Assembly: GCA_002633005.1 (NCBI GenBank)
Contig: NMRA01000632.1
Span: forward strand, 62,001-126,000
Direction: 5' to 3'
Source of the DNA: Phoronis australis
Taxonomy: Eukaryota; Animalia; Phoronida
Length of the DNA: 64,000 nucleotides
Numbering within the stretch: position 1 is the stretch's first letter; each line of letters begins with the position of its first letter. Of the stretch, positions 24,304 to 36,410 are shown one piece after another. Below the pieces are notes generated by a model. That model saw nothing but the letters and a program-made list of their open reading frames with translations, had not been told where the DNA came from and made no database searches. A program made the translations under genes and the position numbers.

Positions 24304-25564
24304 CTGGTAAAATGCAAAAAAAGGATAATGTTAATACAAAATTTAAGAGCGTTTGTTTTAATACAGTTCATCTTTATCTGGTTCACTTGGTCTACATCAA
24401 ATAGCAATGCTTATAAATGTCTCATTAGTGGAAGTAGACTCGAATCAATTTTCAGGAGTTCTACACCAGGCCTGTATACACTCATGCTCAAAATGCAGGC
24501 ACTGCCTTTATCAACAATGCAATGTTTCTGCAAAATCTAATGCACCAATAACAACAAAAATAATCACAGAAAAGGATAGTGCAGTTTAACATCATGATAA
24601 CTAAAGGCACTGAAAGGCCAATCAGAGTAGCTTCAAAATACAGAAAGTATAATTTAGCCAAGAATAGTGCTGACATTGTTTGTATGGAAATACACTCAAG
24701 CAACAGGTTGGTGTGGCACAGCTGTTCAGGTGAGCAAGTGTTGTAAATTGATTTAACCTTCTGTTATGTAATACCAGGTGTGTCTGTCCTCAGCTTCAGT
24801 GGCAGTGCCATGGTCGACTATCCCTTTTCCAAGAAACATACATTGAGAGTAGTCCTATATTCAGATTTATTTTGAACAGGTGTACCATAAAAAGGATTTC
24901 TCTCTCCTTTGTAGACAGTCGCAGTATTTAAATTACAGTCTATGTTTACTATTTATTTTAGATTAAACATACAAAAAATTATTTTAGACAGAACCAGAAA
25001 ATGTAATGAGATAAGTCTCCCATCTGTTCTCCTGACGTGACAGTGGACCAAGTTATTATGAAATTGTAAGTAAGGTCCAGCAGGTCTGTTGAGTCAATCT
25101 GCAGAATTGGCATTATTCACATGAAGGAGAAACATGCTGAGCGTTACCTAAATGGGAACATTGGGGCTTACAATTTCCAGTTTTGGTGATTGGTGTTGTC
25201 CTGTTCCCAGCATTTTTCTATCATTTTGCATTTCCAGGTGATCCTCAACAGAGTGACAATATATATACTGTGTTTTGTCTAGTTTGATTTGATGCTGTCA
25301 TACTACTTCTCCCTGAAGATGGTTTGTTTGTAATAATCCGAAACATTGGACTTGGGTGTGTCAGTCTTCAGGTTTGTGCTTGTGATTAGACTGTTGTGAT
25401 TAGACTGTTGTGATTAGACTCTTGCTACCTTAGAAGTTTACTCTTTGTTTAAATTAACTCATACATCGCGGCAGTGAATTCAGCAAGAAAACAGACAACA
25501 CTGCTGTGTTTTCACTTAATTCGAAATCATAATTAGCAAATCCAGAAATCTTTTTAAGTCTTAC

Positions 25565-25695
25565 CTGAGAATCCATTTTGATGATGCAGGTAATGTGAAG
25601 ACAGACAACTCATTTAGGTTCATCTCCCGAGTGAACACAGCGTACTGCACAGCAATATCGACTACAAACTTGTATTTACAGCTTACAGCAAGACC
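25565..25695 (-). CDS. TMEM8: TMEM8/PGAP6-like gene exon 4 (GLAVSCKYKF...)
   Basis: ttcag acceptor and gtaag donor; GL..xCxY motif; phases 0/2. Confidence 0.85.
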
Positions 25696-27009
25696 CTGAA
25701 AAAGAATTAAAACAGTGACTCGCCAACAGATCAAATTTGAAAAGTGTATATTATAAATAAGCCTTAAATAAATGTGTTCAAGACAAACGGTATTTGACAA
25801 AAATATGCAGCTTTAATTAAAGAATAATGCTGTGGCTTTCAGTTAATTTTCTGTCACAATTTTAAGAGTGGCCATTTTACAAATTTAAACTAGTGTCAGC
25901 AAATCGTTTTATCAAAAAATTAGTTTCCATAACAACCAAATTGCACTTGCATAGTGCACAATTTGCCAACAGATGACAATAGCCACTTCCCCTCAAGCCA
26001 ATTTCACTTCTAAGATTTAGTATCAATGAAACTCTTAAAACCAGAATCGGATGTTATCATTCTCACAAACTCATTCAATTGGGAATTTACTCTTTTCAAG
26101 CAAACCAATCACCTTTCAGTCCCTTGCTAGTGATTATCCCATTCCAATCAACGATGCGTAGCAGGGGACAGGAAGGGCTGACAGGACAGACCTTAACAGA
26201 CATGACAAAATCCCTGCTGCTCCCCCCCCCCCCCAAGGCCATTNGATAACCTAGAGGTGAACGTCATGTGGACATCAATTCCCACATTCCCTTTTGGCTA
26301 TAGCCAGTTAGCCCTGATCATTACAGGCACCAAACTGGTGCTATTAAGCATGGGGTTAAATCTATTTTCAAACAAGAGGTCAATGAAATTGACTATAATG
26401 TCATTAAAACTGACCTTCCTGACCCTGACAATTGGTAAATGTGGGATAGCATTGGCTCTGAATGATGCAAGTTTACCATTCATGACCAGGTAACGTAATG
26501 CACAGGACGCTTAATTCAGGAAACTCACCAATTAGAGGAAGTGGGAGTAAAGTCGAAAATGGGAATTTAAAAATGAAGTTTTTGGGTCGTTGGGCGTGGG
26601 CATTATTTATTTAACGACAAGGACAAGGTACCACTGACACTAGCTGTTCCTTAGTCGAACATAAGCGGCTTGCAAAGGTTTTGAAAAATTCATATGAGAT
26701 GGGAGTTCACATAAGACACTGGGTGTGGGGGTTAGGTGGAGCATGGGTGTTTAAAAGCAAAAATTTGAAAATTACAGTGGTGGGAATTAACCTAGTACAC
26801 ACATTTTGTAAGATTCATGTGAGATGAGGGCAAACATAAAGGTACTGGTCTGTCAAATAAACCCATAAGAGCATTGAAGATTCTAAAAATTGCATAATGA
26901 CAAGCATTTGCTTTCACCAAACTAATACACATTACAAGCAGATGCGTGCATAGAATGCTCCTTACATTTTTATGCACCCACATATTTATATGTGAACACA
27001 TTATGCCAT

Positions 27010-28230
27010 CATCCCCATCCATCCGTCCGCTGCCCTATCTCCAAACCCTTTGATGTATGTTCATGAAATTTTGCGCATGTGTTCCTTTCATAGATGGGAC
27101 AGTATTTAGTGAACTTTCAGACGGATCTGACTACTGGTGTGCCCCTTAGTGGCAATTTTTTACGCTTACCTCTAGTCTGTATCTTCAATGGTCCTCAACC
27201 TTTTTTCATACAATTTGTCATGTAGGCATCTATTGGTGAGATTTCGCTATCCTCCCGTTTTCAGATGGATTTGATGTAGTTTGCGCCACCTAGTGACCAT
27301 TTTTACTGTTTTCGAGTCCGTTTTTTTGGTGTCCACCCCTCTGTCAACCAAACTGCCCTAAGGATGATTGTAAAAATTGGCATGTATGTTTTTACTATGA
27401 AGAGGATGGCTAATGTTGGCTTTCTGACAACTTTGACTTTGTTGTTTTTTTGCGCCCATGGCTGTATCTCCTAAAGCATTGGTAGGATCTTTACTAAATT
27501 TAGCAAGTGTATTTATATGATGTTGACAATGGACGACGACGACTTTCAGACGGATTTGACTACGGGTGTGCCCCCTAGTGGTAATTTTATTTTTTATGTT
27601 TACCTCTGTATCTTCAAAGGTCCTCAAAGGATTTTCATAAGATTTGGCATGTATGCATCTACCAGTGCTATCTTCAAGTTTTTGGATGGATTCGACCTGG
27701 TTTGCGCCACATGGTGGCCATTTTTACTGTTTTAGAGTGTTTTTTGGGACCACCCCTCTATCAATCAAACCATTCTAAGACTGATTTTAGTAATAGGCAT
27801 TCTCAGTGTGAAGAGAACGGTTGACGATGACGACTTCGACTACAGTGGCACCTCCTAGAGGTAGTTTTGTTTTGTTTTGCGTCCATAGCTGCATCTCCTA
27901 AAGCCACTGCAGGACCTTTTATAAAATTTAGTTAGTGTATTCATATGACGCTAACAACAGACGACGACCACTTTCAGGCGGATCCAATGAACGCTCTGCC
28001 CCCTAGTGGAATTTCATTTTTTTCGTTTTCCTGAAGTTGTTTCTCTGAAATTCCTGGACAGATTTTTATAAAATTTGGTAAATAAGCGATAGCATGTTCC
28101 TGTTTTTGGATGGACTGGACACTTTTGCGCCACCTACTGGCCATTTTATGATACCAATAAATAACCCAAGAAGCACCCCGTTTGCAGTGCATTCGTTGCG
28201 CATTTGAACACTCTGCGTTGCTCTTGTTAA
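27010..28230 (+). mobile_element. HINE/DINE-like non-autonomous element with ~430-bp internal subrepeats, rich in CTCF-like motifs
   Basis: ccatccatccgtccg microsatellite start and ttcatgaaattt motif. ctttcag(a/g)cggat...gcccc(t/c)tagtgg recurs at ~27114, ~27543 and ~27970; 3' end gcgttgctcttgtt. Confidence 0.6.
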
Positions 28231-28358
28231 GCATTCATATTTGACTTCCTATGCTAACATCCAAAATTTTTGAGATATGACTACCAATCAAAGGTGCCTG
28301 TGTGTTCACACTGGTGTATGCTGCTTTGCGCGCTCATCATGATGTCAATTATCCTCAC

Positions 28359-28572
28359 CGCCTGCGTGATGGTGTGGGGTTCCGGGGATCTATAGACAGC
28401 ACCGTACCACGGTCCAGGCTGCAGGATTCCCAACTGGATGGTAGCTGTCACATTCTTGTGGTAAACAGGAAGTTCTACACTGACCTCTGGTGTGGAACGA
28501 CGTCGGTCAAACAAAGGGGGGTAACTCTCATTTTTGGGAGTTTTGAGAGGAATCGAATGAGGAGACATCACT
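28359..28572 (-). CDS. TMEM8: TMEM8/PGAP6-like gene exon 3 (VMSPHSIPLKTPKNESYP...QPGPWYGAVY...ITQA)
   Basis: ttccag acceptor and gtgagg donor; resembles the P.I.P....FP and PGxW motifs of TMEM8. Confidence 0.88.
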
Positions 28573-28814
28573 CTGGAAGTAACAAGAAAATCCTCAGATA
28601 AAACATTTGTGAACAAAAAATAGAATTTGCAGGTGTCATGCGAGAAAAATTACCGAACTTAAAGTAAAAGCAATCCCAGTCCCACGTCAGCTTGGTCTTT
28701 CTTCTTCTCGTACATATGGCAGCTTATCACTACATTGATCTTTTCAGAGCAAACAAACTATGAACACAGTATGTAAGACAGTGACTTCTATAGACCATCA
28801 GACACATCAACTGG

Positions 28815-28970
28815 GCAGAAGTCATGCCAGGTTCTCAATCTCGCCACAGCGCAATCTGCTCATTGAATGCTACACCCTGGCATGGACTGCTGCTTGACCT
28901 TTGGTTACCTAACAATGGAACTCCATGTCACGTGGTATGGCAAGATTGAGAATGCGATATGATTTCTGTC
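28815..28970. mobile_element. Small degraded MITE (imperfect ~30-bp TIRs)
   Basis: cagaagtcatgccaggttctcaatctcgcca versus tggcaagattgagaatgcgatatgatttctg. Confidence 0.5.
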
Positions 28971-29273
28971 ACAATAACTACATGATTGTGTAAATTACCC
29001 TTTCCAACATTTGAAAGGATGTTCTAAAAAACTGACATATATAAGGCCTCGTACCTTTACAGGCCAAGACACTTGCAGCAAGAAATCTGCATTTTTGGAA
29101 CAAAACCCGTGGAATTTTTTCTGGAAATTAGACATTTCAGCCTCATCAACCAGTTCAGTGGCGGCCAGTTTCCTAGTCTACGCTTACAATTTCCAAACAT
29201 GCAAAATATTTCATACACGGTGCAGCATCGTCTTTTGATTGCGTGTAGGGAGAACACTGGACGGTATACTTAC

Positions 29274-29442
29274 AGAGTAATGTTAGTGTTCTTGCATGAC
29301 TCCCTCTCCTTAAGAGCAGTGAGACTCAAAAAAGCTCGTAAGGCGCCCTCGGGTATGGCCAGGCTGACATATGTGCGCTGAGCGAAGTATTTATAGCTGG
29401 GAACTTCCTTCACCATGAATGAGACTCGATGAATGTCCGTAT
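29274..29442 (-). CDS. TMEM8: TMEM8/PGAP6-like gene exon 2 (...PSYKYFAQRTYVSLAIPEGA...CKNTNITL)
   Basis: tctag acceptor and gtaagt donor; open frame, phases 1/2. Confidence 0.85.
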
Positions 29443-30952
29443 CTAGAATTACAGAAATGTGCTTTGTAATACAGAATTCATGGGGTTCTCTGAAGTTTTT
29501 TGGGGGTTTTGTGGAGTCTCAACACACATCGTTACCAAGCATGGAGGATGAAAAGTAAATGGGGCTCACCTCAAAAAAAGGATCCGTTGCACAAAGGTTG
29601 TGTGTTACGCTAATTACCAATGATTCTAGACTTATTTCGCACACCAAAAACTATAATTTAGAAAAATAATATTTTGTCTCTCACTCACTACAAATGAGGC
29701 AATGTCAGTGGTGGAAATTCCTTGCCTCACCTAAAATGCAGTTACAATCAGTTTTGCACTTTGGAAAATATCAAAGCACTGCCCAGTCATTAATTTTAGT
29801 AATACACACCTCTTTCACTGAGTCAGTAAGGTCTAAACATGGTATATTTGCCACTTCATTTGAATGTGGGATATCTCATGCCGCTGTAAATATTAGGTGA
29901 AACGTTGAGACAGTGACCACTAACTTACTAACAGGCCAAAGACACGGTGAGGCTCCTATAGGTGCTTCATACGCTGGAAGGTTTTTCGGTAACTTATATC
30001 TCACTGATTAAAACATCGACGTCATGTTGTATAAGTACCTTTTGCGCATAGAGGTACATGTACACTTTAGGAGGCTGTCGATGTCTTTAATTCCTTCTAA
30101 ATCAAACAAATACTCCTGTAATCAAAATTTTTCTTCCAGATGTCCTATTGTTCAGTTGTCCAAATCAACAACTGGCTATTTTCAACACTGCATGCACCAA
30201 GAGGAATGACGTTTTATCCCCTATGGGAGCTTCACTGTCCAGACGGCCAGTCGAGATAGTAGTACTCACAGTCTAGTAAGGACTGGATGAGCATCAGGTG
30301 TTAGAGTCATAAAGCAAGTTATTCACCAATGAAGGGGTTACTCCTGTATATTGGAACAGGATAAGTAATTTGAATAGGGCCTACTGTTAATTGGATCAAC
30401 TTCGCATTCCATTAAATTTGCACATGGGCAGTTGGTGATGATTGCATGCCTATACTCACACCCGTCAACTACGAAGTAATTTGTAGGCTACATTCACCTA
30501 ATTTGGCACACACTAATAGCAAAATGACTTTGGTCATTTGATCAGTGTGAGCCATAATTCGCTGAAAAGTTCCCGGCGTACAGAGGTCCTATAGGATGGC
30601 CACTTCTGGCAATGTCTCTACTGGCCCCAGGCCCAGTAGTAGTAGAGACAGTGGTGCCAGAGGTACTGACTAGTAAACAATCGTGGCCCCATTCTAACAA
30701 CTTAATTACAAGGTAAGTTGCATAAGTTATTGCTAAAAATTGAATGTGATGTCAAGCAAATGCCAATTTTCCGACTAAACATTTAATTCAATGATTTTAA
30801 CTGTCACTGAGTTCAGTATAACTGTCCTACCACACAAGTAAGTCCGACCTTAGCCTTAGTCTTCCGCTAGTAGTCAGTCAGCCACCGCCGCTCCTCATGA
30901 CACAATAGTGTAACTTCGAGGAGCTAATGACAGTGTATCTACTCATACCTAC

Positions 30953-31022
30953 CCGAATATTCCGATGGTTTGGAGTCACAGATTAGAGAACAAACTACCA
31001 TAAACGAAAAAATCCTTGACAT
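30953..31022 (-). CDS. TMEM8: TMEM8/PGAP6-like gene exon 1 (MSRIFSFMVVCSLICDSKPSEYS; possible signal peptide)
   Basis: aacATG start and gtaggt donor, phase 1 as exon 2 requires. Total spliced CDS is 2169 nt (722 aa). Confidence 0.7.
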
Positions 31023-31078
31023 GTTGAAGAACGCTCAGCAACATTTCACACCAGCCAGTTTTTTTGTGCCGCAGTACA

Positions 31079-31097
31079 ATGCGCCATCTGGTGGACA
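31079..31097. promoter_or_regulatory. CTCF-like motif ~60 bp upstream of the TMEM8 ATG
   Basis: tgcgccatctggtggac closely matches the CTCF core consensus; binding is untested. Confidence 0.45.
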
Positions 31098-31128
31098 ATC
31101 GGTCTTGGTTCCTGGGATGCTGTCATTT

Positions 31129-31494
31129 GGTGCGTGAATTTTCTGCTTAATCTCAAGATCGCGTATGCGTGAACTTGGAATTGAATCCTCATTAATTTTG
31201 TGAATTTTTTGTTCAGCGTAAAGAACTTTTGTAATTATTGGCCCCATTATCACCCATTTTCTCCTTTAATCAAAGAATATGTTTGTTAAATCAATTATTC
31301 TTTGGTGGATAAGATCGCCCACAATTGAAAAAGGACTGGCTAAAATTTACGTTATTATATCAGCATGTTATTCAATTTAGTGCAATGCAAATTTTTATCA
31401 AGGTGAACGTGATTATTTGAGTGAAGTTGTCGTGTATTCCAAGCTCACGCATACGCGATCTTGAGATTGAAGACTCCAAGTTCACGCACAGCAG
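31129..31494. mobile_element. MITE, same family as 19101-19495 in the opposite orientation, in the TMEM8 upstream region
   Basis: aatctcaagatcgcgtatgcgtgaacttggaat ... attccaagctcacgcatacgcgatcttgagatt; interior is the reverse complement of the 19.1-kb copy. Confidence 0.85.
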
Positions 31495-33077
31495 GGAGAC
31501 CGCCAGATCAGAGCAACGGTGAAGTTTTGCGGAGTTACACTGCGCCCTCACTCCCTACAAAATACAATCCTACTTTGCCAACTTTTGTGATCTTTTATGT
31601 GACTATCAACAGTCCAGACAGAGCCCTCTGGTGCGCTGATAGGCGGTGAGCCTAGTTTTCATGTAGCGGGGCCTCTAGAAAATACTTTTTGTGAGTAGGC
31701 CTACTTTAGGGGGGCAATTTTATTTTGGTGTTTTAAAGTTATGTATAGTTACCAAAGACCTTAATGAACATATATTTGTAGAAAAAATACTATAATTCCT
31801 ACGTTTGTTGTAATATAAGTAATTAGGTCTCATCACTACAACTGTATTTAAATACAATGCACTCAAATTACATGTTTCACTTTTGTAGAGGAGTTGCAAA
31901 CAGTGAAATTCAAAAATGTAAAGCGATACATAGTTGCATAGAAACTAACTAAATCTGGATGTTACAAGGAGGTTCAAATTCGGGCATTGTCTGATAATTA
32001 AGCAAAGTAACACAGTAACTCAAGAGTCGTTGAAATTTGTGTGTCAGTGACTGCACCATTGACTACTGGAATAAAATACAATTTGTTTGCATAAAATACC
32101 AGAAATATGTTGACCAAAAAATAAACAAAGTTGAATATTAGGTCGTCCGGAAGCTCGCGCGTGCCGCCGGCCCGCAACATGCCGGGCCCAGTCTTGGTAG
32201 TCGATGATAGCCGCGCGTGGGGCCGGGAAGTGTAAAAAGAAAACAGCGAACCATGGGGAAGAGAGAAAATTCAAAACAACATTTTTCAACTGTACCAGTG
32301 CTTGGTCCTGTTGGGTCCCCTCTGTGGCCATACATCATCAGGCCCCCTTTCAGTTTCAACATAGGTCGTCTTAGAAGCGCATTTAAAAGCGGCCACATCA
32401 TCATTCATTCCGTTCATTATTTCGAAAAAGTCAAGAAAATTTGTAAAGGACAGCTAATGTCAGTGGAGCAAATTAATCCACTCTTTTTTAACTAATTCAA
32501 GACGATAAGTGACATCAAGCTTAGGAAATGCTGAAACTATATCATTTCTCCTGTCACCCCTCTGTGTCTGACAAAACTGCATATCATAAAAAAACGAGAA
32601 TGTGATAGCATTAAGTCATTTCTCAAGTTTTTTTTTAATTATCTAACCTTTCATATTTAGGGGCCCAGCCCTTCAGTAAGAGGAGGCCTGTTAATTATGG
32701 CACCCATCACCGTGACCCCTTTCGTGTTTTTACTGATAACTTTCCTAATTAATCAAAATACACATTAACACGAATTAATGCGGAATTTTTTTGGGGGAAC
32801 CCCAAACCCCGTGGGATGCCCGGCCGTCTCCCATAAGTCCCTCCCCCCGGTTGCCTGCCTGTTAAAAATCTGCCACTGATGACTTCCGGGAATTCAATGG
32901 TTATAATGTTCTGTTTCGATAAACAACGAATTTGTTGGTTTCTAATTTAAATGTTTATGTTTCTACGAAAATCAATTAATTCCTAGAAGATTTTTTGACA
33001 ACCAAAGATGCTCCACAGGTTGCAGTCGGGAAAATTTCTATATCATCGATCCCCAAAGTGTAAAGCACACACTAGGC

Positions 33078-35574
33078 CAGTGGCGGATCTACGGGGGGGT
33101 TTAAACCCCCCTCGGGCCAGGACCCAAAAATTAAAAAAAAAAAACGTCTCCAGCAAAACAAAAACGGCACCGCCAGCGTGTGTAAACCCTAAGTAAACCA
33201 ACTTGGAAAAAAATGAGGAGGGGTTTCACTCTGAAAATATATTTTTTGCATTGTGAATCGCTGTTATGAAAATCAAAGTGTTTCGAGTCTTCGTGGCTCA
33301 TCGGCAAAACCCCGGAGATCTATTGTGCGCGCGCTTCCGTCGACACTTCTGAAGTAGACTAGCCAAGCATTTTAAATGGATCCACCGCTGAAAGAGCAGC
33401 TCTATAGCTGATTTCTTTAGGTAACTAGTTTTTTTACTCTAAGATATGTTTTGATTTGATTAGGGGAAATACTGTGGTGCCGCAACCATGATATTCAGGC
33501 GAATTGACGTGCAACGTTTTTACCTCATCTGTCATGACGTGTCATCCTATTACACCCCACACGTTTGTAACTGGTGTATAGTAAAGTTGTCTTGCGCAAT
33601 ATCATACAGTGTATATGTAATACTTTTGAAAAAAATTCGGTTTCCGAAGAATTGCTGTTGTGGCGTGCGCCGTGGTCTGGTCGCGAGTCTGTTTTAAGAT
33701 GCACTCTAACAAGTTATGTCTATACAAGGAAGGACCAAGGAGGCACTCACATTAACAAAGTGACCGCATTCGCGAACAGTGTACAGTACCAGAAATTTGC
33801 TGAGAGGCTGTATTTTAACAACAAAGTCATGCGGGACTCGTGCGATGTTCAATAGGCCTCCTAAGGAGCCCGAAGTGCCGACCTCAACACCTACCGTATT
33901 TCTACCTGCAATAAGTACCACTGCCATTTTCTATACTGGGAATTTCCGCAGAAAGGCCCACCCGACGAAACGCCCATGCCTATGGGCATTTATTTGATGT
34001 TAGTACATCGGGTTTCAAGCGTTCAGACATTGGGACGTTTGTTTCTAAAATTGCAAGAGATGCAAATGGGTCCTGGGATACATCGTCAAGGTTTGAAGTA
34101 GTCCGTGATGAACGGATTAAATTTAGTTGCGTATGCTGTAAGTCTTTTGAATGGACTTGATAAACTCAGGGGACTTAGTGCCAACTGAGTTGTGAAACGA
34201 GATGCTGACATTGTAGAGGCGTACAAGCTCATGGACAGAGCAGTTGACGAAGTGCAAGTGTTGGGAACAAACATGAAAGACGTCTGGGTAGAATGGTTCC
34301 AAGACGAGCAAACCATTGGATCCGATGTACAGATTCGTCGGCAGCCTAGACAACAGAAAGATAAGATCAACGTTCCTGGAGAAACACCCAGGTAGTAAGT
34401 TATAATTCTACAGTTTGTAATAATGTCGGTTTTTTATGCTTGTGAGCAATGAAAACGAAATAGAAATTATTTTTGGACATGCCAAATTTACCCAGTACAG
34501 CAGAGGGTCTACGAGCGCACAGAAACTGATTCTGGTTTGTATTTCCACTTGAGTCTAATGCTTCATATCCAAAATCTATTTCACATAGTGCGTAGTTAAA
34601 TCTGTACTCAATACTTGTTTCTTCCAGGGAGTACCGGGTACTACAGAACGGTGCGAAAACCCTTCCTAGACAACCTCTCGCAATTGACCACCAGATGAGT
34701 AAACTACACGTATGAGCAACCAGTGGGGATTAAAAAGTGTCTAGATAGAAGTTTTCAATTCAATTTTTTACAAAGTACGCTTTAGGTCTCGTGACGGACC
34801 AGGTCAGCCTTTTTGTGTACTCTCAGTGTACATCTGGTCCCTTTGCAAACCAGTCCAGTATATCTTTTCACCACTGTGCACAAGTTTTGGTTTCGTGAAA
34901 CTGTTTCAGATGATTTGTTTCCTTATACATTTGACGTTTTTCAATTGTTGTCAACGTGATTCAGCTTAATAAAGTGATAATTAATTGTTTATTGTCGTTT
35001 TTAATAATAGACTATGAGCTGAGAGCACCGTCGTTTGCCATTTTTTCTTGTAACGAGACAGAACACATGTTTATTTCTGGACTAACAGTACAGGTATTCG
35101 CTTTTAAACTGCTTGAGGCTGTTGCGATCATCTGATATTCAAGTTTTTACGCCCCGTCGGTGCTCCTTATGCTTTTTAATATTTGGTAGTTGTCCAAACC
35201 CCTGTATAGACACCACACTTTTTCGTATGCTAAAAAGGTGTGTGTAAGCCGATGCTCCAACAAAAATTTTTGATGGTGGTGTGACTCATACCCAGATGTG
35301 CAAAATTATGGTTTCACGAAACTTATGAGCCAAGTTCATGTGACGAAATCGAGAAGGGGTTTAATTATCTTAAGAAAAACTCCAGGGACATGTTAAGTGC
35401 CAGAAACGTACGAGGATGCGTGGAAATTTCACTGTTTGGCTACAAAAACAAAAATTTGTCTTACACGGGAGGGGGTTTACCCGACCTCCCCTCCCCGCTC
35501 GGCGCCACGCGCCTCGGATTCGACCTTTGCGGGAATCCTAAACCCCCCTTACTGAAAACGTAGATCCGCCACTG
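33078..35574 (+). mobile_element. Internally deleted hAT DNA transposon (~2.5 kb)
   Basis: 16-bp perfect TIRs cagtggcggatctacg / cgtagatccgccactg; ctaggc on both flanks; internal transposase remnant. Confidence 0.85.
34150..34690 (+). pseudogene. hAT transposase fragment (P52rIPK/ZMYM1-like) interrupted by an apparent intron at 34392-34627
   Basis: DIVEAYKLMDRAVDEV...RRQPRQQKDKINVPGETP | (E)Y..YYRTVRKPFLDNL resembles the R...RQ..R.N.P...PEEYYR....PFLD motif; stops and frameshifts are present. Confidence 0.7.
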
Positions 35575-35994
35575 CTAGGCAATTTTTGCCTATATCTGTC
35601 TCAACGATGTATTAAAAGAATAGTGCGTGAAACTACAAGTCAGTTATAGTTTTTAGATTACAGAATTTGGCCGAAATTGCACAGGGGTGGGGCTGCATAC
35701 CGCGAAGCATCGTCACAGTCCTGGGGAAACAGCGCAAAGATAATTAGTGGGCTGAAGGTACACGACAACGGTGTGCATCACTACCGACATGACACCAATT
35801 AACTTTTGGCCAAACCTGTCCTGTCTCTGAATTTTTTGAAAAAGCTTTTCACAGAAAAGATGACGATAAGGACCTCATCAGAATCATGAAATTAGCCACC
35901 TGGAACAACCTCGCTATCAGTCGGTTGAGAAGCCTTTTTGGAAGAAACCAACACGACCTTGACCCACACTTCAAATCCACAGTGCGATACAACA

Positions 35995-36410
35995 CATGGA
36001 CTCGGAGTTAAATCCTTTAATTAACCGAAATCGAACTTTCAGCTATTTTAGCATTTTGTAGTCTACTGCTGCGCAAACTCAAGATAAGCGTCTATTGCTT
36101 GCGTGCACAATAGCTTACGTGGATAACTAGCGTCTAATCCTAGTTTGCAACTGACGACCCCGACATTAAGACTAATAGTTCGAGTCTAAACTTGACATTT
36201 CTATTTTTTTACTCGAGTTTGTAGAACAAACCTAAGGATCATAAAGTGCAAACTTATTGGATTAGAAACTAATATGCTGGCGTAAATCACAATGTAATTC
36301 AGCACAGATTAATAGACATTCATTTTGAGTTTACACAGGAGTAGACTAGGAAACAACAAAAAGTAATTCCGAGTTCGACTTCGAGTACAAAGATTATACC
36401 CTGGGCCCTA
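35995..36410. mobile_element. MITE relic, same family as 45119-45511
   Basis: Shared strings tcaagataag(c/t)gtctatt, cttacgtggataact, aagtgcaaactt and ttcgagtacaaagatt...gggccc. Confidence 0.65.

Noticed and set aside
26257-26493. Additional TMEM8 exon or nested gene
   Set aside because: The TMEM8 model is phase-complete without it and no family motif is recognisable.
35888-35990. MKLATWN, resembling the start of a LINE APE endonuclease
   Set aside because: Only seven residues match and no downstream endonuclease motifs were found.
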